From Takakia lepidozioides (taxonomy: Eukaryota; Plantae; Bryophyta), in the NCBI GenBank assembly GCA_030704615.1, contig CM060733.1:18352001-18416000 (forward strand): a stretch of 64,000 nucleotides of DNA, given 5' to 3'. Positions 47,728-61,019 of the stretch are shown one piece after another. A program made the translations under genes and the position numbers. Position 1 is the stretch's first letter; the number at the start of each line of letters is the position of its first letter. Below the pieces are notes generated by a model. That model did no database searches. It saw only the letters and a program-made list of their open reading frames with translations, and was not told the origin of the DNA.

Positions 47728-48093
47728 TGATAATGAAAGTGAACACAAGGGAAACACTCCACTCATGAATCCACTCAATCACATAAACTAAGTCAAGCCA
47801 AGGGCACCCTTGCTAAGGGAATCCACCCTACAAAGCCCTCAACACACTCCCTCTCAATACCTAGAGCTATGGAGGTGAGAGAGGCTCATGGAGGCTCAAC
47901 TACAAGAAGATGAGCCCTCCTCAACATTCACAAGGGGAAAACCCATCCCCATGTCCCAAGTGAGGTTTGATATCTCACTTGGCATATGAGACCAAATGAA
48001 GTTCTAACACACAAAATACAAATATAAATATCCAAAATATCCTAGTTAACTAGAAGTAGGTAATTCTAATTAACCGTGACTAAAACCATGACA
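47728..48093 (-). repeat. G2 repeat A (5' terminus, TGTCATGG...TATCA)
   Basis: Homologous to 51779-52199. Confidence 0.9.
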
Positions 48094-48099
48094 GCTTAT

Positions 48100-48900
48100 T
48101 TCCGGGTCCGCAAAAAACGCGAATTTGCGACGCCAGGGGCGTCGCAGATGCAGGACTTAAGGCGACACCTCGGGGGTCGCAGATCCAACCCCCTTGAAAA
48201 TCCCTACTCACATTAACCAACATATCAGTTATAAAACTTATACACAAACTCATGATTTAATTGTACATAAGGTAGTTCATGCATACGAGCGTTGCTCGTT
48301 GGGACCTCGAAGCGACACTCCTCGCGTCGCTCAAATGTAAGCGATGACTCTAGTGTCACTTTTCCTGCACCCTCTACTGCAAAAACCAAAATATGATTAA
48401 GTTAACGCTAAAAACGACTTATCAAACAAAAAAACTCAACAGCGACGCTCAGGGCGTCGCATTTAGAAAGTGACGTTTTGTTTTTGTTTTTTTTCCCTCC
48501 CGGGCTGCCGCAGGAAGGCGTCGCAACCTCCCAACCGACGTCCGTAAGGTCGCACCAGGGGCCGACCCCCAGCTGCAAATTTTTGTTTTAATTTTTTACT
48601 CTATTGTGTCGCAATGGAGGACTTGGCCAAAATAAATCTCATGGCCACGTTTTTGTGGATTTTGATAATATGTCTACGACGCCCTGGGCGTCGCAAGATA
48701 AAGACGCGGCGGGGGCGCACAACAACAGGTTGCGGTATATCTGACTGCCGAGCCATGGTAGTCATGGTTTTTCTGACTTTGACCATGACTTCCCTGTATT
48801 TTTGGACCAAATGGGGCTTCATGTAGTCGTTGAAATGACTACGTAGTCCTTTGGGCGACTACTTTGGTAGACGTCGTCATGACTGCTTGGCTTTGCACTA
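48100..48900. repeat. CACTA-like subterminal repeat region (GCGAC/GTCGC, GACTAC)
   Basis: Many short direct and inverted GCGAC motifs; no TIR seen. Confidence 0.5.
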
Positions 48901-50149
48901 GATGGATGGTTGGTCAGCGATGGTTGACTCACCACCAAATAGTCGCCGGAATGAATTCTAGTGCAAGCCTGGTAGCCAAAAGGTTAAAAAAGTTAAAAAT
49001 TTGCTTATAGGGTTGTCCATGAGAGGGCTGGGACTTAGTTTTCTTTTTCTTTTTCTCCTGCGTGGTTTCTTAGTATCGAGTTGTTGTGTTGTGTCATGGA
49101 ACGCAATGATTGCAGGATAGGGGCGTGGGATGGAGGCTTTGCAGACTTATTCTTGAGCTACTGATGCAGGAAGGGGCGAAGCGCAACCTGCACCGCAACC
49201 GCAATGGGCTCTTGGCTCATGTTAGTACCATGATTTGGTATTCTTCCTGATGTTTACAAGGTTCTTGGGAGAGACAGCTTGGTCTTAGCTGTCCATGTTT
49301 CAATCGACGCCCACTCAGCTGCACCGTGGTGGTTCTCACAGACCATACAACATTACCTAACTACAGACACAAGCAACACACACAAGAGGTCATATTGTGT
49401 TCATGGTCAGTCAAATCCTCCATGGGTCATGACACAAGGTCGAGGACAAAGTGGTGAGGGCACCTTCTTCTTCGACCTATTTCAGCCTGTTTTGACCTCT
49501 CATCAGACTCGGCCCTAATTTCTTCACGATGGTGGGACAACCGCAATCACAAGAGTGGATTTTTCTTAATGTACCATGTAAATTTCTAAGTTAGTCCATC
49601 CTGCAAATGTGGGCTCTTGGCTCCTGTTATGATTTGGTATTCTTCCTAATGTTTACAAGTATCTTGGGAGAGTCAGCTTGGTCTTAGCAGGCTACGTTTC
49701 AATCTTTGTCCGCTCAGCTGTGGAAGTCGCAGCAGCGGCACAATTGATAAAATCAGGCACTACTATTCAAGGCACCTTCTTCAATACATTTCACCCTGTT
49801 TTCCCCTCTTATCAGAATCGGCCCTAAATTGGTGAGGGCACCTTTTTCTTCAACCTATTTCAGTCTGTTTTGCCCTCTCATCAGTATGGTTGGGGTGTTT
49901 GCTGGAAGAGGGCCGGATTTCAAGCATAAGATTACCTATGATTCCCTGTGGATCCATTGCTACAAGAAACCTACATGGGTAGATGGTGAACTAGAAGCTG
50001 CAGCAGCAGCGGCACAATTGATAAAATTAGGCACTGCTAATGAAGACAACCTTCTTCAACACATTTCACCCTGTTTTTCCCTCTTATCAAAATCGGCCCT
50101 AAATTTTCAGGTTGAATTTCTATAAGTTACTGGTTGAGTGAACCTTTGA

Positions 50150-50400
50150 TAGTTTGCAATGCGTGTGCAAGCCTGACCTCTGGAGAAGGGCAAAGAGGTC
50201 CATGGCAACATTGTCAGAGCTGCAATTGTACCACATGTCATTCTGAACAATACCCTCGTAGACATATATGAAGGGAGTGTTCGACAGTATGGCTGAACAA
50301 GATGTGGGTGTCGTGGAGTGCGATGATTGCAGGATATGCACAGCTCCGGCGTGGGATGGAGGCTTTTGAGAACTATGAGCAAATGATGTGTGAAGGGGTG
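50150..50400 (+). pseudogene. PPR fragment
   Basis: LEKGKEVHGNIV..., VSWSAMIAGYAQ..GMEAFENYEQM. Confidence 0.75.
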
Positions 50401-50927
50401 TCCATGGATTCTTCCTCGTTGGGGCTGTCTTCGGCCCGAGTTCCACCATTAATCGGATCCTCCCTGTTTGCATCCGCAAACTCAAAAGCTTCTTGCAATG
50501 CTCGTTGAATTTCTGCCTCCACACCACCTTCATGATCCGTATTGTTCTCTCGTTTAGTAGGCCCCTGCCCAAACTCAGCCCGATCCTCCTCGTCATCAGA
50601 ATCAGCATGTCCCTGCATCCCGTGTTTCCCACGGTTCATTCACAGTATATGTACATTATGACATGTGGACAAATGTAGTCGCGGCTATCACTACATCAAT
50701 TCGATTTGAGCAACGACATTGTGACACATGGCAGATAGTTCTAGTGACATAGTCATGTTCCTATATGTGTTTTTGACTACACGACTACAACTAGCCAACG
50801 ACATATCGACATGTGTATAAAGGGCAGTCATAGACACAACTACATGACAACAACTCGCCAATCAACTTTCGACATGTGGAGTGGTGAAGTCATGGCTACT
50901 ACTACCACACCAAAATGGTTTCAAAAT

Positions 50928-51212
50928 TCAAACTTGGAGATTGCTAAGTCCTGAAGGACAGTGTACTTCCTGTGGATGTACCGGAATAGTACGGCTGCGC
51001 AAAGTTGGATCCCTCTTATGTTTGAGGTAGTGCTTTTTCATTGTCTCCAACAATTGCCATTTGGATCCATGACATTCAGTGCAATTGCAAAGCATTTTCT
51101 TGTTCCCATTTGATATGGTGTACGCCTCCTCGAGTCGCCATAGTCTGTCATCTCGTAATCGCATGCGTGGCCCATATGCACCATGACGGCCGAATAGATG
51201 TTGAACGTTCAT
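50928..51212 (-). pseudogene. CACTA transposase-associated Cys/His domain fragment
   Basis: KMLCNCTECH...KKHYLKH resembles the N-terminal domain of CACTA transposases; GACTAC repeats adjacent at about 50670-50905. Confidence 0.55.
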
Positions 51213-52530
51213 AGCTCGTAGTATGCAATGTCCTGTAGAGCCTCTACAACTTTGTGTCCTTAGTGCTCTCTCTACAATATATCTACCTCTTGCGGTATGT
51301 GCTAGTGAGCTGCATGATCATTCATGGTGAAGTCCAAGGTTGTCATTGCTCCTCTCACTGAGTACGAGAAGCTACGTGAGGCTAACATTGCCATCGTGAA
51401 GGATGCCACGACAAAGTGTAAGGATCGAACAGCTCAGTGACCCAATCCTTTGACAATGCATGCATGGCTAACAGTGTGATCTCTTCCCATTTGCACGATA
51501 GATGAGGTGTGATCGAGAGGCGGTGCTGTTGGTGTGAATATAGAAAAGGCTTGAAAAGTGCAAGTTGAGTGTAGTTTAGGGTATAGGAGTGCATTCATAG
51601 CAGTAGGCGGGAGTGAACCGCATTTGACGGGCAGCCATTGGGACAGCGGTAAGGCACTTCATCGTTTTCTAGCTCCTTTATGAACATTAGGGTGTCGTGC
51701 ACCCAAGCATCGTGCCACAACATACATCGCTGTCCACCACACAATCTAAACACACAATCCTAGAAAGCTATACCACAATGATAAGAGATGAGAAATGAGA
51801 GAAGTAGAAGACAATGAAAGCTCTCAAAGCATGAAGCAATCACATGAAGAACAAGCCCTAGTCCTTCCAAGTGAAATCCACTCTATCACATAAACTAAGT
51901 CAAGCCAAGGGCACCTTTGCTAAAGGAATCCATCCTACAAAGCCCTCAACACACTCCCTCTCAATACCTAGAGCTATGGAGGTGAGAAAAGCTCATGGAG
52001 GCTCAATTACAAGAAGATGAGCCTCCTCCATCCTCACAAGGGGAAAACCTATCCTCATGTCCCAAGTGAGGCTCGACACCTCACTTGGCATGTGAGACCA
52101 AATGAAGTCCCAACACACAAAATATAAATATAAATATCTAAAATGTCCTAGTTAACTAGAAGTAGGTAATTCTAGATAACCATGACTAAAACCATGACAG
52201 CTGTCGTGCACCTAAGCATCGTGCCACAACATACATCGCTGTCCTCCACATAATCCTAGAAAGCTATACCACAATCGCCCCCCTAGCCGGTGATTAGGTC
52301 CCTCTAACACCAGATAGCTGACAAGTATTAATCCCAATAAGATCATCGCTTGCTCATCAATCGCCCAAGTCCCACTATTTGAAGTCAATAAATCAAGAGG
52401 CCGGGTGCAAAAGTAGCCCCATCGTTACTCGCCTTCCTGCAATCCATGGCTTCAATTGGGTGTCCATGGCATCAAACTCTCGTTAGCTAGACCTTGGATC
52501 ACTTGTCAACCTCACCACTGTCATGCCCCA

Positions 52531-54375
52531 CTACCTCTGTCCAAGGCATCGTGGACACAACCATTCTCCACTAGGAACCTCCTCAAGTGGCGGTGTCAAG
52601 CATCCCATGTGCCACCCCCTTGAGCATTTGTCATACACCAACATGGTCGCGGCACCACCAGCATGCCCACATAGCATGCAACACAACCCTGCAGGTACCA
52701 CTGCAAGGTTGGGATCTATCCTCCCATCCACATGTGGAAGGTGACATGGCGCACAATTGCGCACAGGGTCCTTTCATACCATGCCATCTCGACCCTCTAG
52801 AATCAACACTCCTGAAGGCAACACCTCCCAGACCCTTAGAATCACACGACCTGCTGTGACATCCAAGGTCGTAGGCGCTGTCTGCTGCAGATACACATAG
52901 TCCCCAGGATGGAAACGCCGAACACCTGGCCGATATCCTCCTCCACGTATAGTGGCGTACCTCAATGTGTCTCGGTGTTGGGCAATAGCAACGTGCTCAA
53001 AAGCCATAGGCATGACTCTCTTGAACAACTCTGCCCGTTGGGCATATGCTTGTGTCCACACATCTGGATCATCAAGGTTGAGGACTACTGCAGTATCCCT
53101 GCAAATAGATGCAGGCAAATCTGGCTCTCGGCCAAAGAGAAGGAAATAAGGCGAGAACGAGGCAAGTGATGCTTGTTTGCTAAACCTGTAGCCCATGGCC
53201 AACCAAGGTAGCTGAAGGTCCCAATCTCCCAAGTGTCCCTTCTACAAGTCATACTTGCGCAAGCCTCGCTTGACTGTTTGCACAACCCTCTCAGCCAAGC
53301 CATCAGCCTCGGGATGATCCCGAGAAGTAGTGCAGTGATCTATCAAGGCTTGCTCACACAAAGCCTGAAACTCCCCCCAGAACTCTCTCCCCTGGTCCGT
53401 GAGTACCTCGGCTGAAGCACCAAATTGGCTAAGCACTCGATCTAAGAATGCATACGCAGCCCCCTCACTTGCCTTGTCAGGCAATGCCACCAGTTCAATC
53501 TATTTGGAGAAATGTTTCACCATCACCAGCATATACTTGTTATGATGAATCGTTAGTGGCAATGGGCCTGCGAAGTCAAGACTCCAACGATAGCCCAAAC
53601 CCATAATGGGTAAAGGATGCAATTGTGGAGTATGTGCATTGAAAGAAGCCCGCACTCTATCACACACCATGCATTTTGCCACTAACTATTGCACATCCGT
53701 GTGCATGCCCCGCCACCAATACTGTCGTTGCAGCAAACTATGAGTATGTCGCACCCCAAAATGTCCCAACTCCTCATGGGCATGGCGTACCAATCGCTCT
53801 CGTTGTGTTGGATGAGACACAATCCTCACTCGTCCATCCTCCCATACTTGGAGTAGGTGAGTCCCCTCCCACTTGAACCTCTTGGCTCGTTGTAGGATCC
53901 GATCTGTCTCCCTAGCAGTCACACTGGCTGCTGTCTCTCGAGTACGAAGGTAGGCCAACACTGCTGCATCTTCATGTACATCATTAGCACCACCAAGCTC
54001 CTCACTGATCTCTGGATCGTCATGCACACTATCTCTATCAATCGCATGGGATGGACCAGCTTGAGCTCCCATTGCTAGAATGCATAAAAAGGCAGATGTC
54101 CTGGCACCATCTCCTCGTCTGTCTCACCATGCCAACGAGCTCATGTATCATCAAGCTCACTTGTGCATGGATTGCGACTCAATCCATCCGCATCCCGGTT
54201 GACTATTCCGGCTCGATGCACCACCTGGAAGTCGTACTCTTGAAGCATAAGTGCCCACCGTGCAAGCCTCCATGTAAGCTTGTCTGACTCCATCAACCAC
54301 TTCAATGGTTGGTGATCCGTGACAAGGGTGAAGAGATTGCCATAGAGGTAGCATCTAAAATGTGCCACTGCCCAT
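52531..54375 (-). pseudogene. G4 RNase H end, integrase and PHD finger
   Basis: HAHEELGHFG, CMVC, SLDFAGP, TDQG, DGLAER; CMLC...DKC...WHMGC...WLCPRC. Confidence 0.92.
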
Positions 54376-56281
54376 CACTACAACAAATTGTGGCTTTTAC
54401 GTCTATGTGTTATGACTGCAAATGCAGTTATGGAAGCCATTTACGACTTCCTGACTCTTAAGACGTAAAAGCCTAGTCAGTTGTGACATGGCAGATATGA
54501 CTCTCCAAGCTGGCTGTGACGTGGCGCCTAAGCAGCTGTGGGGGTAGTGATACACGCTGGCTTTACTGAATGACTGAACGGACAGTGTAGTCCATGTCAG
54601 CGGCTGTGCAAGAGTGGCGCGTGCTCGATACAGGAAATGACACGTGGTAGAGTGTTAGCTCTCCATGACTGCAAACTATGACTACGGGCGTGCTAATCCG
54701 GTTGCAACACGTGGCGCGTTGCTGTTTTTACACGTGGTCCCTCAGCAGATTGACATGTGTCATGATGGGTGTTTTTTTGGGGGTATTGCTATTTTTTTAC
54801 ATATTTGTATTTCTGCCACGTGGTGTAGTACTATTGGAGAGTGAAAATAGATGTAGTCATTATTATGACTATGATATCAGTCATGTACATGTCTATTACA
54901 ACAATGAAATATAATATATAATACAAAGAGAACAAGGCAGCAAGACATAACTGCAACAAGCTGAGCAAAACCAAGAGATTGTACACCATCTCTATTTACC
55001 AATCTATTTATCATTATCATTTTTGTTGCGATCTAAAATTAAATAGTCGCATGTTCTCATGTGAATTATTTTGTCTAACTATAACACTTTGAAAAGTGTT
55101 CACCCAGAATCTTCTAACTACTCATGTACTCCATCAATCTGCACCCCATCAAAAACGGCTTGCATGGCTTTAAGAATTACTACAGCAAGGACATTTGCTT
55201 GTTTTCCAAGTTCTTGCATAAGATGCACCAACCAATATTGCATTGTGAGACACTCACTCGCTATACTCCAAAGCGTCCAGGGAGGTCACTGAGCAACCTG
55301 CCAAGGCGGAAACAATTAAGAGAATTATCTAATACCATATATGAAAAACCAATGCCAGTGTTGTTTATGGTAACTTCTATCCCATGTCATAAACAAACCA
55401 AAGCAAAAAGGTTGGTGTGTGTTGGCGAAGTCGTCAGATACTTCACAAAGAAACATGCACTAAAAATGAAACCCAGGATGATAGGAAGGTCACTCACGTT
55501 TATACAAAGACATCTTGCCCATTGCCCAGCACCCTGCGTCACCCACACTCTATCTCTACTCCTTCAGCTATCCATGCCTCTGCACAAATCAAGCATTCAT
55601 CCTTGCCTTGCTGCTAGCAGCTGACAATGACAGCCTACATTTGTTCTAGGAAACACCCAACTCAGCGTAGCACACTAGTTCCTATGCTGAATTGCGTCTG
55701 CTACTCTTTGAAATGTAGCAGACATTCACATTTCTGCCTCGGTTGACCCATCAGTGACTGGGCTCAGATAAGTATTCATTCCACAGCTTCTCCTCATCTC
55801 TGTTATCTATTTTTTGACACTTTCCTGTTGTCACATTGGCAGTATCATGTCAAAGTCACTCCAAACTAGATTCACTCAACCAGCTAACTTGCAGAATTGA
55901 ACATGTAAATTTAGGGCCGATTCTGATAAGAGGGAAAAACAGGGTGAAATGTGTTGAAGAAGATGCCTTCATTAGCAGTGCCTGATTTTATCACTTGTGC
56001 CGCTGCTCCCAGTTGACCATCTACCCATGCAGGTTTCTTGTAGCTATTGATCCACAGGGAATCACAGGTAATCTTGTGCTTGAAATCTGGCCTTCTTGGA
56101 TGAATCTGGACCCACACGAAATCCCTGCTCCTTCAGCTATCCATGCCTCTGCACAAATCATGCATACATCCTCGCCTTGCTGCTAGCAGCTAACAATGAC
56201 AGCCTAGAATTGTCAAAGCAAACACTAGCAGGGAAAACAAGGTGAAATATGTTGAAGAAGGTACCTTCATCCCTTTCTCCA

Positions 56282-56773
56282 TCATTTGCTTTCAGGTGTC
56301 CAAAGCCCCATCCCGCGCTCCTGCTCTGCACACCCTTCAAGCATTGCATTCCACGACACCACATCTAGTTCAGCCATAGTGTTGAACACTCCCTTGGCAT
56401 CCTCAATGCTCCCACATTTCGCATACATGGCCACCAGAGCAATGTTCAGGATGACATCTGGTACAATTGCAGATTTGATGATGTCACCAGGGATCTCTTT
56501 GCCCTTTTCCAGGGCTGCAAACGCACTGCAAACGCACACAAACGTTATGTCGGCGGCCTTCACCCCTTCCCCCATCATTTTCTCAAAGGTTGGAGCCTCC
56601 ATCCCGCACCCCAGCTGTGCATACCCTGCAACCATCGCACTCCACGACACCACATCTCGTTCAGCCACAGTGTTGAACACTCCCTTTGCATCCTCAATGC
56701 ACCCACAATTGGCGTACATGTCCACCAGGGCAGGGGCAGTGTTCAAAAGGACATGTGGTAATTTGACAGGCAT
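56282..56773 (-). pseudogene. PLS-class PPR fragment inside the Pack-CACTA
   Basis: ALVDMYANCGCIEDAKGVFNTVAERDVVSWSAMVAGYAQLG...MYAKCGSIEDAKGVF...DVVSWNAML. Confidence 0.9.
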
Positions 56774-57474
56774 TCACCTCCTGACTTGGCTATTCCCAAC
56801 TGTATAACTATGTATCTCTTGCTTTCTTACAGCTTGTACTGTGACACGCGTAATGCTCTTGCTATGTTGAATCATTTCACGCCTTCAGGTTTCAGAACAA
56901 ACATTACCGTCTTTCTTTATCAGACATGTGCACCAAGACAGAATCTCACCAAAAGATTGTTGGTGTTCAACAATACCATACATGAAGATAACTAGCACCA
57001 AAAGGGCATATGAAGCTTACTCTGCTCTCCACTGGTATTAACTTGCACTAGGACTTTCAATGGCTGTCTTCCAGTCCACCCATGGCCCGCTGTAAATGGC
57101 TTGCAACCTACAGATTTTCAAGAGAGCTGATTACCATGAAAATTTCAAAACTGGCTTTACAAACCTAATAATTCAAGCATAATCAGCATTCAAGCTAAGG
57201 AAGCTTTACAAGCATCGTGTTGCGAGTAAAGCCTTGGCAATGTCACCAGGAAATCCTTGGCTGAATGGATGACACTGAAATAATGGAGCTTGAAATCCGG
57301 CCCTCTTGGACGAATTTGGGCCCACACTCTATCCCTGCTCCTTCAGCTATCTATGCATACATCCTTGCCTTCCTGCTAGCAGCTGACAATGACAGCCTAG
57401 AATTGTTCCAGCAAACACCCCTAACCCTACTTATCAACGAGCAATGAGCTAACTTACAAAATTCAATATGCATC

Positions 57475-58360
57475 TCAGGGCGTCTGATGAGAGGGCAAAA
57501 CATGCTGAAATAGGTCGAAGAAGAAGGTGCCCTCACCACACTGTCCTTGACCTTGTGTCATGACCCATGGAGGATTTGACCGACAAAAGGACCTCTTGTG
57601 TGTGATGCTTGTGTCTGTAGTCAGGTAATGTCGGATTGGTCAGTGAGAACCTGCACCACGGTGCAGCTGAGCAGGCAGACTTTGAAACACGGTCTGCTAA
57701 GACCAAGTTGACTCTCCCAAGAACCTTGTAAACATCAGGAAGAATATCAAATCATGGTAACTAACAGGAGCCAACAGCCCACAATTGCAGGATGGACAAA
57801 CTTCTGCACATCGTACATTAAAAAAAAGCCACACCTTGCGATTGCGGTTGTCGCACCCTCGTGAAGGATCTTTAAACTCATGCCAGCTCTGCTCCATGAT
57901 TCAAATTCAGGGCCGAGTCTGATGAGAGGGAAAAATAGGCTGAAATAGGTCGAAGAAGAAGGTGCCCTCACCACATTGTCCTCGACCTTGTGTCATGACC
58001 CATGGAGGATTTGACTGACCATGAACCCAAGAGGACCTCTTGTGTGTGCTGCTTGTGTCTGTAGTTAGGTAATGTCGGATTGGTTAGTGAGAACCACCAC
58101 GGTGCAGCTGAGTGGGCAGAGATTGAAACACGGCATGCTAAGACCAAGCTAACTCTCCCAAGAACCTTGTAAACATCAGGAAGAATACCAAATCATGGTA
58201 CTAACAGGAGCCAACAACCCACATTTGCAGGATGGACAAACTTCTTCACATCGTACATTAAGAAAAAGCCACACCTTGCGATTGCGGTTCTCCCACCATC
58301 GTGAAGGATCTTTAAGAAACTCATGCCAGCTCTGCTCCGTGCTGTAAAATCAGGGCCGAG
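57475..58360. repeat. Tandem copies of a ~430-440 bp module
   Basis: Units start near 57475, 57907 and 58350 (third partial). Relatives at about 26370-27250, 41830-43000 and 49200-50100 (inverted). Confidence 0.8.
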
Positions 58361-59342
58361 CGGGTAGAGATTGAAACACGGCCTGCTAAGACGAAGCTGA
58401 CTCTCCCAAGAACGGCGAGCTCCCAGCCGAAACCTCCTCGCACACATACACTAGCGTTTCTAGGGTTGCTTGCTTCAGATGCGAAGGTTGCTCCAACTGC
58501 AGGCCTCCCATGCATGTTAGCCCTCCCTCCCGCTCGCTCGCTCTAAGTCCCAGCCCTCTCTCTCTCCCTCCCTCCCTCCCTCCCGCTCGCTCCAGGTCTG
58601 TTCACGCTACCGTGATGGGCAACTTTTTAAGTTTTTTAACCTTTTTGTAAACCCTAAAAGCCCCTTTTTGATTTTTTTTTTTTTTTTTATTTTCTTAGAG
58701 GAAACCACAAGCCCTTGAGGAGGAGGGGAAAAATTCACCCGCCTTCATTTATGGGCCATAAGACCTACAGGACGATCAACGTCCAGACATACCGTCACGA
58801 ACAATCCCACGCACGGGATAAGGGCAGCGGGTTTGAACCCCAAACCACAAGGGCGACACACTGTGCACTTACCAGCCAATGTGATTTTTTTTTAATCTTT
58901 GTTTTTTCTTGGTTTTTTTTTTATTCATTCTAGTGGTCAGAGTCTCCGTTTTTTTAAGATATAAATACTCATATATTTTATATATAACCAGAAAAGCATG
59001 TGTCAACACGTGTAGTCATGTAGTGATTCATCCATGTGATGATCTGGCATAATGCATTAGAGTGAGAGTCATGAAGTCATATGTCTGTCTTGCAATATGC
59101 ACATGTCATTCCAGTGTAGCCATGACCGTGACTGGTAGTCATATCTGCCATGCCAATATTCGTGGTCAAACATGTTTTACCTGTGTTGCGCAGAGTCCGG
59201 AGCCATGCAGTCGCATATACGTCTTCTCCAGACCTGCATTATGACTTCAAAAGCATTTCACGACTGCAAATGACATTTTTGCCACAAATTTGTCATGACT
59301 GCGCACCCATGGGAGTCATAAAAGCCGCAATCTGTTGTAGTG

Positions 59343-60560
59343 CATACTGCAGCTAGACACTCCCCTTCATAGGAACTATACTTCGCCTCGGCATCATTGT
59401 TCGAGCGGCTAGCATATGCCACTACGAACTCTCTTCCCTCATTATCCATCTGTGTGAGCACTGCTCCAATCCCCAACATACTCCAATCCGTATGTAACTG
59501 GAAAGACCGCCCCCGAATAGGCCGCCTCAGAATAGGCACAGAAGTCAATCGAGCCTTGAGTTCCTCAAAGGCTTCCTCTTGCTCCTCCTCCCACTGCCAC
59601 TCTTGACCCACCTTGGTCAACTTGGTAAGAGCCTTTGCAATGCTGCTAAACCCCTTGACAAACCGTCGATAGTAGTTTGTCAACCCCATGAAAGCACGAA
59701 CTCTGCTAACATCGATGGGGCGTGGAATGCGTGCAATGGCCTCCACCTTCATCTTTTGAACACCCAATCCTCCAGGGTATATTATGTGGCCCAGATACTC
59801 AATGTGGTTGTGGAAGAACTTGCACTTCCCAGGGTGCAATTTCAACCCATGTGCTCTCAAGCGCTCAAACACCAACTGAAGGTGTCTCTCGTGCTCCTCA
59901 ATCGTAGCAATAAAGATGATGATGTCATCAATGTAGCATCGGACGAAATCTAGCCCCGCAAGAATCCTATCCATGACCCTCTGAAACTCTGCAGGAGCAT
60001 TATTCAACCCAAATGGTAGGAACCGCCATTGGTACAAGCAATCCTTCCTATGTTGGTCAATCCCCCAGAATGTCGTCTTTTGCTTGTCAGCCTCTTTGAT
60101 TGGCAATTGGTGGTAACCGGATCGCAAGTCCAATGTGCTAAACACCTTTGCATGCTCAATGGCATCAAAGATCTCCTCTGGAGTTGGCATGGCATATCTA
60201 TCGGACTTAGTCTGACGGTTCACAGGACGGTAGTCCCCACACATCCTCCTTTCTATCCAATTGCCATAGATATCCTTCTTAGCTGGCATCACCGTTGCCG
60301 AGGCATACTCCCCGCCTGACAACTCCACCAATCCAGCTTCGAACAACTCCATAGTCCGTGACTGGATCAAAGACCTCTCCATATCACTATACCTGTAGGG
60401 CCTTCGAAAAATTGGCGTGTCACTTGCCAAATCAATACGAATCTCCTGACCCTTCAAACTCTCCAAATCCTTCAAACCAAAGGCAAAGCAATTTCTATAA
60501 GCCCTTAAAAATCGCTGGATCCTCCGCCTCTCTCCTCCGGTGACTGTAGGTCCAACATCT
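59343..60560 (-). CDS. pol: G4 reverse transcriptase and N-part of RNase H (open frame)
   Basis: ORF 59258-60475: RMCGDYRPVN, LDLRSGYHQ, LPFGLNNAPAEFQR, CYIDDII, HTDWS, YSSYEGE. Confidence 0.95.
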
Positions 60561-61019
60561 GGTTCCCAGTTGTCCTCAGTGACTGCAACCTTGGGTACAC
60601 CAGGCTTGGAAGTAGGAGACGCATTCTTTGGTTGCTAGATAGCAACCTCTTGGGCTTTATACGCCCACCCTGACCGTGGCGTAGCCTCCACTTGCTCCGC
60701 CATAGCCACCTTGAGAACATCTTCTGGGGAAGAAACATTCTCAACCTCTTCAAAAACATTGGCCACCTTGGCCTCCAACTGATCCTCAGTGTATGGCTCT
60801 CCCCACTCCTCATACTGCTGCTTGAGAGATCCAATGACTCTCTATTTGCGCATCTCATCCCACATCTGCCATGGGTGTTTGCACCCCATGATCCTGTGCT
60901 CGCCCCCACTCACTGACTCCACCGTCCCGGTTGGCAGAGATGGTGTAATATCCAATGGAAGTGCAGAAGTAGCCACTAATGCTTGCAATCTTCGTTGCTC
61001 AGCCATGCACAAGCCAATG

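Larger units (their letters stand above)
7651..48093 (-). mobile_element. G2: DNMT-Gypsy copy (subfamily II), interrupted by G1 (in integrase) and by G3 (in the 5' leader); RT deleted
   Basis: Coding remnants 7651-11010. Leader 11010-13058 continues at 47241-47727 and matches the unbroken leader of G4 near 63640-63966. 5' repeat A at 47728-48093 starts TGTCATGG. Confidence 0.85.
54376..59342. mobile_element. Non-autonomous (Pack-)CACTA DNA transposon carrying a PPR fragment
   Basis: TIRs CACTACAACAAATTGTGGCTTTTA and TAAAAGCCGCAATCTGTTGTAGTG (22/24). 3-bp TSD CAT at 54373-54375 and 59343-59345. Interrupts G4 RNase H exactly. Confidence 0.95.
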
